A stretch of DNA of 64,000 bases from assembly GCA_038146885.1 (NCBI GenBank), contig JAYQSM010000012.1:75318-139317 (forward strand), written 5' to 3'. Positions within the stretch are counted from its first letter, which is position 1. Every line of letters begins with the position of its first letter. The DNA is from Rhodospirillaceae bacterium (lineage in GTDB: Bacteria > Pseudomonadota > Alphaproteobacteria > MPNO01 > UBA2964). Of this stretch, positions 34,879-45,174 are shown in pieces. The notes beneath the pieces are model-generated. The model did no database searches and was not told the origin of the DNA. It worked only from the letters and a program-made list of their open reading frames with translations. The position numbers and the translations under genes are program-made.

Positions 34879-36282
34879 ATGCATAAGAATATAAGAACCC
34901 GCTTTGCTCCCTCTCCTACAGGATACTTACACATCGGCGGCGCAAGAACCGCGCTCTTCAATATGTTGTTTGCCCGACATTTTGAAGGAACCTTTTTACT
35001 GCGGATAGAAGATACTGATCGAAAGCGATCTACAATCCAAGCAATTGAAGCTATCATTAATGGATTAGAATGGCTTGGTTTAACGCCCGATGAACCAACG
35101 GTTTTTCAGTCAAGAAATATACAACGGCATAAAGAGGCTGCAGAATCTTTAATTCAGAGTGGGCAGGCCTATTTTTGCTACTGTACTGCAAATGAATTAG
35201 AAGAGATGAGAAAAACAGCCCTTGCTCGCGGGGAGTCTCCTCGTTATGACGGTCGCTGGCGTGAACGCGATCCATCTGACGCTCCCAAAGATGTAAAACC
35301 TGTTATTAGGTTCAAATCTCCACAAAACGGTAAAACCGATATTTTCGATTTGGTACAAGGCAAAGTCTCGGTAGAAAATAGAGAGCTCGACGACATGGTT
35401 CTGCTGCGCGCCGATGGCTCGCCAACCTACATGCTATCAGTTGTGGTCGATGACCATGATATGAAGATCACCCATGCGATAAGAGGAAATGATCATCTGA
35501 CTAATGCGTTCAGGCAAACCCAACTATTCAAAGCCTTGGGGTGGTCACCCCCACATTACGCTCATATACCTCTCATACATGGCCCAGACGGCTCTAAAAT
35601 GTCAAAAAGACACGGGGCTCTCGGTGTAGATGCATACAGAGAAATGGGCTACTTACCGGAGGCAATCCTGAATTATCTCATGCGCCTCGGGTGGAGCCAT
35701 GGCGATGATGAAATTGTATCAATGAAGCAAGCTATTGAATGGTTTGAGTTACATGAGGTGAATAAATCAGCCTCGAGATTTGACTTTGATAAACTTAATT
35801 ACTTGAATGCTCATTACATAAAAAGCATGCCCGATGATTGCCTGATTTCTCTGATAGAGAAAAAGACTATAGTAAATTTGGTAACTCGCGATCGGCTTAA
35901 AAAAGGGCTGACCGGCTTAAAAGAAAGAGCCAAAACAATCAATGAAATTGTTGAAAAAGGAGAAGTTTACCTTTGCTCCCGCCCCATTAAGATTGAATCG
36001 GAGGCTCTATCCTCTCTCACCCCAGAATGCCTCAGGAAACTTCGATTAATCTCCACTGATTTTCAATCCCTAGAAGCATGGACTGAGGACGGGGTGAAAT
36101 CGGTCATTCATAATTTCATCGACCACCACAAAATAAAAATGCGAGATATTGCACTACCCCTTAGAATAGCGTTGTCTGGTAGCACCTCATCTCCAGGCCT
36201 CTTCGAACTTTCTTTTGCGTTAGGGAAAGAAGAGGTTCTGGGTAGAATTTCTGATGCAATTGGAATGAGTTCTAGGATTTGA
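34879..36282 (+). CDS. gltX: glutamate--tRNA ligase
   Basis: 467 aa. Class I aaRS with HIGH motif (PSPTGYLHIGGARTALFN) and KMSKS (KMSKRHG). Confidence 0.9.
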   Translation: MHKNIRTRFAPSPTGYLHIGGARTALFNMLFARHFEGTFLLRIEDTDRKRSTIQAIEAIINGLEWLGLTPDEPTVFQSRNIQRHKEAAESLIQSGQAYFCYCTANELEEMRKTALARGESPRYDGRWRERDPSDAPKDVKPVIRFKSPQNGKTDIFDLVQGKVSVENRELDDMVLLRADGSPTYMLSVVVDDHDMKITHAIRGNDHLTNAFRQTQLFKALGWSPPHYAHIPLIHGPDGSKMSKRHGALGVDAYREMGYLPEAILNYLMRLGWSHGDDEIVSMKQAIEWFELHEVNKSASRFDFDKLNYLNAHYIKSMPDDCLISLIEKKTIVNLVTRDRLKKGLTGLKERAKTINEIVEKGEVYLCSRPIKIESEALSSLTPECLRKLRLISTDFQSLEAWTEDGVKSVIHNFIDHHKIKMRDIALPLRIALSGSTSSPGLFELSFALGKEEVLGRISDAIGMSSRI

Positions 36283-36381
36283 TTTGTAGCAACCATTCCG
36301 GTAGTTTCTCACGTAAACTAACAATCGGACATGCGTAGCTCGGGACAGTTCGTTCCTCCGGTTTCAAGAAAGGTGTAATCT

Positions 36382-37698
36382 ATGAACCAGGACGCCCACA
36401 ACGGCAGCAATAACAATGTGACCATTGTCGATAATTCAACTGGAAAAAAGGCAACATTTCCGGTTCTTTCAGGAACCGACGGCCCGCCCGTAATCGATAT
36501 TCGTCGCCTGCACTCTGAACTGGGCTATTTTACTTATGATCCGGGCTTTATAGCGACAGGGTCCTGCGAGTCAGAAATTACCTTTATTGACGGGGACAAC
36601 GGAATCCTCTTGCACAGGGGCTACCCAATAGAACAGTTAGTCGAGAGCTGCAATTATTTGGAAGTATGCTATCTGCTTTTAAATGGTGAACTACCAACAA
36701 AATCGGAATACGAGGTTTTCGACAGCGGTATTACCAACCATACGTTGCTTCATGAACAACTCCAGTATTTATATCGAGGGTTTAGACGAGATGCTCATCC
36801 CATGGCAATCATGTGTGGTGTTGTGGGGGCATTATCTGCTTTTTATCACGATAGTACGGATATAAATGATCCACACCAAAGGATGATCGCTTCCCATAGA
36901 ATGGTCGCGAAAATGCCAACAATCGCTGGCTGGGCCTACAAATATTCTCTGGGGCAACCGTTTATGTACCCCAAAAATGACTTAGGTTACGCTGAAAACT
37001 TTCTTTGGATGCTTTTTGGTAACCCCTGTGAGGAATACGCGATAAATCCTGTGGTAGCAAAGGCGATGGACCGTATCCTTATTTTACATGCTGACCATGA
37101 ACAAAATGCTTCGACCTCAACGGTACGTTTGGCAGGATCAAGTGGCGCTAATCCCTTCGCCTGTATTTCTGCGGGTATAGCCAGCCTTTGGGGACCAGCC
37201 CATGGAGGGGCAAACGAGGCAGTTCTCAATATGCTTCGAGAAATTGGGAACAAAAATAATATCAATGAATTTGTAAAAAAGGCAAAAGACCCTAACGATC
37301 CCTTCCGTATCATGGGCTTTGGCCATCGAGTCTACAAAAATTTCGATCCGCGGGCCAAAATTATGCAGGAGACCTGCCATGAGGTTTTAAATGAGCTTGG
37401 TATCAAGAATGAACCCTTGCTCGAATTAGCCATGGAATTAGAAAGGATCGCTCTAGAGGATGAATATTTTGTGAGCCGCAAACTATACCCCAATGTTGAT
37501 TTTTACTCTGGGATCATTTTCCAAGCTCTAGGAATCCCAACCACCATGTTTACGGTGCTATTCGCGGTAGCCCGAACTGTTGGTTGGATCTCCCAATGGA
37601 AAGAAATGATTGAAGATCCGACACAAAAGATTGGGAGACCTCGCCAGTTATACACTGGTTCCTCTCGAAGAGAGGTCGTACCAATCGCAAACAGATAA
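36382..37698 (+). CDS. gltA: citrate synthase (type II)
   Basis: 438 aa. Citrate synthase signatures (GYRGY-like segment, GFGHRVYK, catalytic His and Asp). Conserved gltX-gltA order. Confidence 0.9.
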   Translation: MNQDAHNGSNNNVTIVDNSTGKKATFPVLSGTDGPPVIDIRRLHSELGYFTYDPGFIATGSCESEITFIDGDNGILLHRGYPIEQLVESCNYLEVCYLLLNGELPTKSEYEVFDSGITNHTLLHEQLQYLYRGFRRDAHPMAIMCGVVGALSAFYHDSTDINDPHQRMIASHRMVAKMPTIAGWAYKYSLGQPFMYPKNDLGYAENFLWMLFGNPCEEYAINPVVAKAMDRILILHADHEQNASTSTVRLAGSSGANPFACISAGIASLWGPAHGGANEAVLNMLREIGNKNNINEFVKKAKDPNDPFRIMGFGHRVYKNFDPRAKIMQETCHEVLNELGIKNEPLLELAMELERIALEDEYFVSRKLYPNVDFYSGIIFQALGIPTTMFTVLFAVARTVGWISQWKEMIEDPTQKIGRPRQLYTGSSRREVVPIANR

Positions 37699-37708
37699 CT
37701 GTTACCCG

Positions 37709-38881
37709 CTATGATGCCTTTGGGTTCATTATCAATTGCTTCAGGACCACCTTAGCTGCCTGCTGGCTCGGCGTTCCGGTGAACGGTATGAGACCTTTCA
37801 GAGTATTAGTGGCCCTTAAAATTTGGTTCTGGGCCGCCACCGGATCCGACATTAAAGAATGGAGATCATCAGCGAGGAGATCAGGGCGACATTTGCTCAA
37901 AAGGCGCTCTGGAATTATTTCTTCATTTTCCATTATATTACAGATATTTACAAAACGAACCTTAGCCAATTTCTTAGCCAAAAGCGCAGTAAAAATGTTG
38001 GTTTTATAGGCAACGACGAGCGGAACCTCTGCCCGAGATAATTCCAATGTAACTGTGCCAGAAGCTGCCAAGGCAACATTACAAGCAGCCATACCCGGGT
38101 ATATTTCATCCTGCTTTTCCACCGTAATGACAGGAAGCCCCCAGGATTTCAGATCTTCCTGAATGATATCTGAAACAGCTGCAACAGTAGGAATTATAGC
38201 CTGCAGAGACTGATGTTTACCCAATAATCTATGCACTGTGTCTCTAAATATCGGTAAATGCCGTCTTACCTCTCCTTTTCGACTTCCTGGAAATATACCG
38301 ATCAACGGGACATCTTGGGCAATGTTATATAGGGCCCTGAAAGCCGAACCATCCGCTTTGTCAATTAGCCGTTCCATGACTGGATGACCAACAAAAGTCG
38401 CTTCGAGGCCTTTCTCCCGAAACAGCTTTGGTTCGAACGGAAGTAAACACAATAAATGATTAACTGTACCCAAAAATTTTTGAATGCGCCCCGGCCTCCA
38501 GGCCCAAATGGAAGGCGCTACATAGTGAACACGAGGCGTCGGCAGATCCTTCAAACGCCGTAATACACTCAAACAAAAACCCGGTGAATCAATCGTTATA
38601 ATTATATCTGGCCTAACCCTCCGTATCTCACCAACAGTCTGGTTTATCCTCCGTAAAATATTTCTCATATGAGGTAACAATTCAAACAAACCCATCAAAG
38701 AAATCTCATTCATAGGAAATAACGACTTAACCCCTTCCGCCGTCATCTTCTCGCCACCCACCCCGCAAAACAAAATTTCTTGACAAGTTTCTGCTTTGAT
38801 CGCCGCCATTAATGCGCTTCCAAGAAGATCTCCAGATGGCTCCCCCGCAATCATAAAGATTACAGGATTCTTGGCAGACAT
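37709..38881 (-). CDS. lpxB: lipid-A-disaccharide synthase
   Basis: 390 aa. GT19 family (IFMIAGEPSGDLLGS). Last gene of the lpx cluster. Confidence 0.85.
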   Translation of the reverse strand: MSAKNPVIFMIAGEPSGDLLGSALMAAIKAETCQEILFCGVGGEKMTAEGVKSLFPMNEISLMGLFELLPHMRNILRRINQTVGEIRRVRPDIIITIDSPGFCLSVLRRLKDLPTPRVHYVAPSIWAWRPGRIQKFLGTVNHLLCLLPFEPKLFREKGLEATFVGHPVMERLIDKADGSAFRALYNIAQDVPLIGIFPGSRKGEVRRHLPIFRDTVHRLLGKHQSLQAIIPTVAAVSDIIQEDLKSWGLPVITVEKQDEIYPGMAACNVALAASGTVTLELSRAEVPLVVAYKTNIFTALLAKKLAKVRFVNICNIMENEEIIPERLLSKCRPDLLADDLHSLMSDPVAAQNQILRATNTLKGLIPFTGTPSQQAAKVVLKQLIMNPKAS

Positions 38882-39690
38882 CAGTCCACCCCTATCACAA
38901 ATAAACCCGACGAATTTGCCAACTCTGTGAGTTTTGATATTTCTAAAATGAGGGATGCGCCTGCCTCAACAGCTACTCCGGAAAATCCATTTTCCTGCAA
39001 CAATTTAATAGTGTTAAGACCGATTGTCGGCAAATCAATCCTACGCTCTTGCTGCGGCTTGCATGCTTTTACCAAAACTGGGCCTGTTCCGGATCTTCTC
39101 AGATTGGAACACCGCTGAATTAAGGGGTCCGTTCCATCAATTCCTTCCACACCTAGAACAATGCCCTGTTGAACAACCGCCGCTTGTCCAATATCTAGTT
39201 TACCAATACCACGCGCAACGAACATTCCATGACGAATATCTTCCCATAACTTTTTCGTTGGAGAATATTTCCCGTAACAGCGGGCATCTACAAGAGAAGT
39301 CGCCAATATTTCATCCGCTCCGATCACCTCAAATCCCTCTTCTTCAAGTACGCAAACAAGGGATGATAGAATTGAATTATCTCCTAACCAGGCTATTCCA
39401 AGTTGTGCTGCCTTTTTGAAAGCCCACACATCGAGACTCAATTCTTTGAAAGTGGGTCGCCTAACCGGTCCGGCGAAAACTACCTTTTGAACGTTTTCCT
39501 CATTTAAAATTTCGATCCCACGCTTGACCTCTCCTATCTTGATCCATCGATTAGGAAAACCTGCCACAACCTCCGGATCCGTATTGTCCCTAAGTGCTAG
39601 GATAAACACCTCCATCCCCAAGTCTTTGCACGCGATCGCTAAATTCCGTGGGAGGCTTCCACCCCCAGCCACAATAGCAATCCTAACCAC
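38881..39690 (-). CDS. lpxI: UDP-2,3-diacylglucosamine hydrolase LpxI (DUF1009)
   Basis: LpxI family (IAIVAGGGSLP, GTDPLIQRCSNLRRSGTGPVLVKACKPQQERRIDLPTIG). The ORF is open to 39828, which would overlap lpxA by 146 bp. A GTG at 39688-39690 puts the start 7 residues before the GGG motif and directly after the lpxA stop, so that start is proposed. Confidence 0.7.
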   Translation of the reverse strand: MVRIAIVAGGGSLPRNLAIACKDLGMEVFILALRDNTDPEVVAGFPNRWIKIGEVKRGIEILNEENVQKVVFAGPVRRPTFKELSLDVWAFKKAAQLGIAWLGDNSILSSLVCVLEEEGFEVIGADEILATSLVDARCYGKYSPTKKLWEDIRHGMFVARGIGKLDIGQAAVVQQGIVLGVEGIDGTDPLIQRCSNLRRSGTGPVLVKACKPQQERRIDLPTIGLNTIKLLQENGFSGVAVEAGASLILEISKLTELANSSGLFVIGVD

Positions 39691-40492
39691 TCTGGGCTGT
39701 CCGGGGCTGACAAATTGCTCTACTCGAATTTTCGCGAATGAAAGACACGATATCCATAACCGCGTCATTTTGCGAATACATTTCCGTGACATCATCGAGT
39801 CGTTCAGACATCGTGCCCTCTTCGGCAAAAAGAAGACGGTATGCCTTTCTAAGATTGCTTACCTCTACTCGAGAAAATCCTCGTCTCTTCAATCCCACAA
39901 TATTCAACCCCGCCAGGCGCGCCCTATTACCCAGAACAGAACCATAGGGGATCACATCTTGTTCAACTCCTGACATCCCACCTATCATTGCGTGTCGTCC
40001 AATCCGAACGAACTGATGGACGGCAGATAAACCTCCAAGGATTGCGTGATCCTCGACGACAACGTGCCCACCTAGGGTAGCGTTGTTCGCCAATATGACG
40101 TTATTTCCAACAAAGCAATCATGGGCAACATGCGAACCCACCATGAAAAGGCAATTGTCCCCAATTTTAGTTTCTAATCCCCCCCCTTCAGTTCCGGGAT
40201 TAATGGTCACTTGCTCTCTAATTATATTGTTACAACCTATAAAAATAGAGGACTTTTCACCCTTAAACTTCAGGTCTTGGGGGCTATGGCCAATGGATGC
40301 GAATGGATAAATTTGGGTGCCGTCCCCAACTTCCGTCGCGCCAGTTACGACAACATGAGAATGTAACTTCACTCCATCACCCAAAACCACTCCGTCCGTG
40401 ACATGACAAAAAGGCCCAACAAAGACTCCCTGGCCTAACTTAGCCCCTTTTTCTACAATAGATGTCCGACATATGCTGGTCATTCTAAGCAA
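39683..40492 (-). CDS. lpxA: acyl-ACP--UDP-N-acetylglucosamine O-acyltransferase
   Basis: 269 aa. Left-handed beta-helix hexapeptide repeats plus the LpxA C-terminal helical domain (GLKRRGFSR). Confidence 0.9.
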   Translation of the reverse strand: MLRMTSICRTSIVEKGAKLGQGVFVGPFCHVTDGVVLGDGVKLHSHVVVTGATEVGDGTQIYPFASIGHSPQDLKFKGEKSSIFIGCNNIIREQVTINPGTEGGGLETKIGDNCLFMVGSHVAHDCFVGNNVILANNATLGGHVVVEDHAILGGLSAVHQFVRIGRHAMIGGMSGVEQDVIPYGSVLGNRARLAGLNIVGLKRRGFSRVEVSNLRKAYRLLFAEEGTMSERLDDVTEMYSQNDAVMDIVSFIRENSSRAICQPRTAQSG

Positions 40493-40964
40493 CTCGCTGA
40501 TCGGTAAGCATCGCAGTTATTGTGGCTTCTGCTACTATAGATCCATCTACACTTGCCTTCGCGAAGAATTTCCAAACCCCCCCTCGGTTTGCTCTTTTCT
40601 GCACATCAACCATTAATGTGTCCCCGGGAACAACAGGTTTTCGAAACCTTGCATTTTCAATAGACATAAAATAAACCGCTCTTCCCTCAGAACTAGAACC
40701 AAGAGTTGCCATGACTACCACGGCACTTGTCTGGGCCATAGATTCAATTATTAGAACCCCAGGCATAATGGGATGATTCGGGAAATGGCCTTGAAAATGG
40801 GTTTCATTAACAGTTACATTTTTGACACCCGTTGCACTCTGATCCGGAACAATATTAAGAACACGATCAATCATCAAAAATGGATAACGATGAGGAATCA
40901 TCTCCATAATTCGGTTTATATCGACAGAGGTGATAAGGCTCTCAGGTTTATCTTCAGTTTTCAT
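40485..40964 (-). CDS. fabZ: 3-hydroxyacyl-ACP dehydratase
   Basis: 159 aa. Hot-dog fold FabZ (HRYPFLMIDRV, HFPNHPIMPGVLIIE). 8-bp overlap with lpxA. Confidence 0.9.
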   Translation of the reverse strand: MKTEDKPESLITSVDINRIMEMIPHRYPFLMIDRVLNIVPDQSATGVKNVTVNETHFQGHFPNHPIMPGVLIIESMAQTSAVVVMATLGSSSEGRAVYFMSIENARFRKPVVPGDTLMVDVQKRANRGGVWKFFAKASVDGSIVAEATITAMLTDQRVA

Positions 40965-41133
40965 CTCAAACCTTCTATAGAAACCAGGTGGTAAGTTGAT
41001 TATTTCCTTTTCCTATACAAAAGTAAAAATTAGCCTCAAGGCCGCGGCAACCAAATGGCAACACTCTTCTTCTATTCATATTGCCCATCTGATCCTTTTG
41101 GCAGAAAGATAATTCCGATCTAGTGTTATTAAT

Positions 41134-41715
41134 TTAGTTCTGAGTTGTATTTTTAGGGTCTGTGGCTTCGAGGTTCAGAGTAACTGAGGGTAACTCCTGG
41201 TCCAAACGCTTTAAGACTTCGTCCGTAATATCAAAAGAAGGCTGAACATATATTACAGTTGCCCGAGGAATTATCATCTGCAATTTCCACTCAGCTGCTA
41301 GTTGACTCGTTACTTTACGGAAACTCTCGTTGACCCTCTCCATAGCTGACCGCCCGAGAACATCCAATCTTTTTCGAAAACTTCTGGCATCTGCCTGCAA
41401 AGCGGTTACTTTTTCCTGAAATTCTCTTCGCCGTTGTTCATAAACCTGAGGGGATAAAAGACTGCGTTGCGTCTGGAGAGCTTCATTCTGTGTTTTCAAA
41501 GATTTTTCTCGCAAACGAATTTTCTTTTGCATCTCTATTCTTAGAGTTTCCAACTGAGGCTTTATATTTTTTGTTGCAGAAGACAAACGGAGAACCTGCT
41601 GAATATTAATCACAGCTACCCGGGAGAGCTGATTTCCCCCGGAGCTAGTGATCTGTTGTGCCTTCAAACCTCCCAAACACGTAAAAATAAGAATAGATGC
41701 ATAAACCCACCTCAT
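41134..41715 (-). CDS. skp: OmpH/Skp family periplasmic chaperone
   Basis: Signal peptide from the internal Met (MRWVYASILIFTCLGG) followed by a coiled-coil-rich OmpH family domain. Lies directly downstream of bamA. Confidence 0.7.
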   Translation of the reverse strand: MRWVYASILIFTCLGGLKAQQITSSGGNQLSRVAVINIQQVLRLSSATKNIKPQLETLRIEMQKKIRLREKSLKTQNEALQTQRSLLSPQVYEQRRREFQEKVTALQADARSFRKRLDVLGRSAMERVNESFRKVTSQLAAEWKLQMIIPRATVIYVQPSFDITDEVLKRLDQELPSVTLNLEATDPKNTTQN

Positions 41716-41737
41716 AATTGTTTTCCACCCTTTACTT

Positions 41738-44031
41738 TTAAAATCTGGTCCCAAAATCAAAACGAATAGTTTCTGTTTTATCGAAATCTTCCTTCAAGAA
41801 CGCTTTCGCGAAATCGATGGTGAACGGTCCTACAGGGGACATCCATGAAATACCAAAGCCCGCCGACGCCCTGAGAGAGGAACGATCATCGACCACCGAA
41901 ATACTCTTATCGGTTTTGCCTACCGATCCAAAATCGGTAAACACCTTTCCTTTAACATCAAATTCATTTGGGAGACCAATAGGGAATTCAAGCTGAGCAC
42001 TACCATTGTAAAACCACTCTCCTCCCAAGGCATCTCGAGAGGCTCTATCTCTTGGACTGACTCCATAATTTTGGAATCCTCTGAGTGACCGTCCCCCTAA
42101 AAAAAACCGATCAATGATGCGTGCTTCGCCATCGAAGGGAAGCAAGACCCCCCCTCCCCCAGAAAGATTGCCAGTAATTTTTTCAGTTAATGGATAAAAC
42201 TTTGTAACATCCACCTCAGTTTTAAGATATTTTACGCTTCCCCCAAGCCCCGCGAGTGATACCGAATGACTGGCCAATAGACCGTTACGGGCTGCCCTTT
42301 TATCGTCTCGTGTGTCGTAGATTAAAGTTTCTGATATTGAAGAAACTGAAGATCTACCTTTCTGTTGTTGAACTGCAAGCGATGCAGAGGCAGGAACATT
42401 GGTTACGTCATCAAAGCTGAGGTTATAACGCCATCTTTGTATCAGTCCATCCGAGAGATAATAACCTATTCGAAGTGCACCTCCGGTTGATTTACGATCA
42501 AAAGATGACGCATCTCCTAATTCCTTAACCGTTCTGAAGATATCAAACCCAGCTGAGAGTTTTCGATCTAGGAAATATGGTTCAGTGAATTTTAAATCAA
42601 GCTGGCTGCTTTCCCCACCTGCCCGAAAATTCAATGATAGATCTTTTCCCAACCCTAATAAATTTCTTTCACGGATTCCAACATCAGCAATAGGCCCATC
42701 GGAAGATGAAAAGCCTGCCCCCAGAGACAGCTCTCCTGTCGATTGCTCTTGCACTTTGATATCGACCCTTGTTTTATCAGGAGAACTTCCACCTTGGTCT
42801 GTAAATCTACACTTTTAAAGAACCCGAGCCCTCTAATATTTCGTCGCGCACTTTTGAGGCTATTAATATTAAAGGCATCTCCTTCAACCAAGGGCACCTC
42901 ACGCCTTATTACGGGATCAATTGTCCTTGTATTTCCTGATATTTCTATTCGCTCGACGTAAGCTTTCTTCCCTTCGATTATATTGAAGGTCAAATCTATA
43001 ACGCGGCTATCACGTAACCGTTGAATCCCAGGCCTTACTTCGACAAATGCAAAACCGGACTCCTTGATCAAATCTGCAAGAACGGTAAGACTTTTATCTA
43101 CCAAGGCGGAACTATACACATCCCCACTGGAAATAGGTAAATTCTGCTTTAACCGATCCTTCAAAAGTCCTTTAACGCTCGAATTGATGATTATTTTGCC
43201 AAACTTGTACCTCTTCCCCTCATCCAAGATGAAAGTAATGAAAAATGACTTTTTGTCAGGGGCTAGCTCTGCTATCGCCGAACGAATTTGGAAATCTGCA
43301 TATCCCTTCTCTAGGTAAAACTTTCTGAGTAATCCGCGATCATACGATAGGCGATCTGGGTCATAGTTATCGTCACTTGCCAGAAACCGATACCAAGCAC
43401 TTTCTTTGGTCTGGATTACCGATTTTAGATCAGAGGAAGAGTAGACCCTATTTCCAACGAAAAAAATGCGTCTAATCTTTGTCAATTCTCCTTCTTCGAT
43501 CTCAAACACCAGATCCACTCTATTCTGAGAAAGCTTGATCACCTTCGGCTGAATAGAAACCCCAAATCGTCCGGACCGACGATAAATATTTATTAATCTT
43601 TCCACATCTTCCTGGATCTTCGTTCTCGTATATACTACTCGGGGCTTCAATTGGAGCTCAGGGCGCAAGCTAGTCTCCTCAAGTTGCCTATTCCCTTCAA
43701 ATTCGATTCGGTTAATTACAGGGTTCTCAACAACTTTTACGATGATCTTGGATCCTGCCTGTTCTATTGAAACATCCGCGAATAACCCTGTCCCAAAAAG
43801 ACTCTTCAAGGCCGAATCTAATTTAGGAGCGCTGATAACATCTCCTGATTGTATGCCTGAATAAGTTCGGATAGTTTCTTCTTCTATCCGTTTGGCCCCC
43901 TGGACCTCTATTTTTGTAATTTTTAACTCAAACACTCTCGGACTTGAAACCAAATCGGAGGGAATGAAGATCAAAGACAAAAACAGAAACAAAAAGGAAA
44001 ACACACCACTCAAATTCCTATGACCTTTCAA
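41738..44031 (-). pseudogene. bamA: outer membrane protein assembly factor BamA, split by an apparent single-nucleotide frameshift near 42790
   Basis: ORF 42655..44031 encodes the signal peptide plus five POTRA domains. ORF 41738..42754 encodes the C-terminal 16-strand barrel (VDIKVQEQSTGELSLGAGFSS … FDFGTRF). The barrel frame is open back to …GSSPDKTRVDIKV, and the POTRA frame reads …FFKSVDLQTKV. The family consensus joins exactly here (…TKVGSSPDK…), so one base appears to be missing. Combined length is about 764 aa. Confidence 0.85.
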
Positions 44032-44043
44032 GGTTAACAGTCA

Positions 44044-45168
44044 TCATTCTGTAAATAGTTTTCCAATAGAGGTTTGTAACAAATCGTTCCATGTCACAAA
44101 AACTGTTAGCATGATTAATAGGAAAAAGCCGATATTCAGGCAAACCCCCATTGCTCTATCCCCGACTGGTTTCCCCCGCAACGCCTCGAGCAAGTAAAAT
44201 GTGAGATGTCCTCCATCAAGAAGGGGAACAGGCAATAAATTGATAATACCAAGATTAATCGACAATATTACTACAAATTGGGCCAACACTATAAATCCTG
44301 CTTGAGCCATCTCCCCTGACATTTGAGCAATTTTAATTGGTCCGCCCAATTCTTGCGGAGTGCGTTGCCCTAAAATAATTTCTTTTATTGCCTTCAACAT
44401 GCCAACGGCCATGGTGCCTGTCTGCACGGTTGCCTTATAAAATGCAGAAAACGGATTATGTTTTACGAATGCGGTGTCTCCGTTGCCCCTGGACACCCCT
44501 AGTCTTCCAAATACGTGAATACTACCGAACCTTTCTTCCCTCACGGTCTCAGGTACTGCCGTTAATTCTATCAGGCTACCTTCTCGATTAACTGTTATAC
44601 GAATGTTTCGTCCCGGCACAGATTGAACGATCCGGCGAACATCCTCAAAACTTTTTATATCGTGGTCATCTATTTTTAAAAATATATCTCCAGCCCTAAG
44701 TCCGGCCCTTTCAGCAGCCGTTCCTTCCCCAACTTTTGCAATATTTGCAGGTGTATGTGGCTCGCCAATAGATATAAAAAGGACTGCCAAAACCAATATT
44801 GCGAATAAAAGGTTTGCAAGGGGACCAGCAAAAACGATCCATGCCCTCTGCCAAAGTGGCTTATTAAAGAACGATTGTTCCAAATTAAGATGAGAATATC
44901 CCTCCTTATCATCCCCCTGAGTCGGTGGTTTCTCTCCGTACATTTTGACATATCCGCCAAAAGGAATAGCGCTTAACTTCCACCGGGTGCCTGACACAGA
45001 GGTTTTACCAAAAATCTCTGGCCCAAAACCAACAGAAAAAGTTTCTACCCTTACTGAGCACTGCCGTGCTGCCCAGTAATGCCCCATTTCATGAACAAAA
45101 ACCAAAACTGTCAGAACCAGCAAAAATGCAAACAGAGATGTCCAAAAATTTCCTAGTAATTCGAACAT
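44044..45168 (-). CDS. rseP: RIP zinc metalloprotease RseP
   Basis: 374 aa. HEMGHY zinc motif in TM1, PDZ domain, LDG motif (PVPLLDGGH). Confidence 0.85.
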   Translation of the reverse strand: MFELLGNFWTSLFAFLLVLTVLVFVHEMGHYWAARQCSVRVETFSVGFGPEIFGKTSVSGTRWKLSAIPFGGYVKMYGEKPPTQGDDKEGYSHLNLEQSFFNKPLWQRAWIVFAGPLANLLFAILVLAVLFISIGEPHTPANIAKVGEGTAAERAGLRAGDIFLKIDDHDIKSFEDVRRIVQSVPGRNIRITVNREGSLIELTAVPETVREERFGSIHVFGRLGVSRGNGDTAFVKHNPFSAFYKATVQTGTMAVGMLKAIKEIILGQRTPQELGGPIKIAQMSGEMAQAGFIVLAQFVVILSINLGIINLLPVPLLDGGHLTFYLLEALRGKPVGDRAMGVCLNIGFFLLIMLTVFVTWNDLLQTSIGKLFTE

Positions 45169-45174
45169 AATCTA

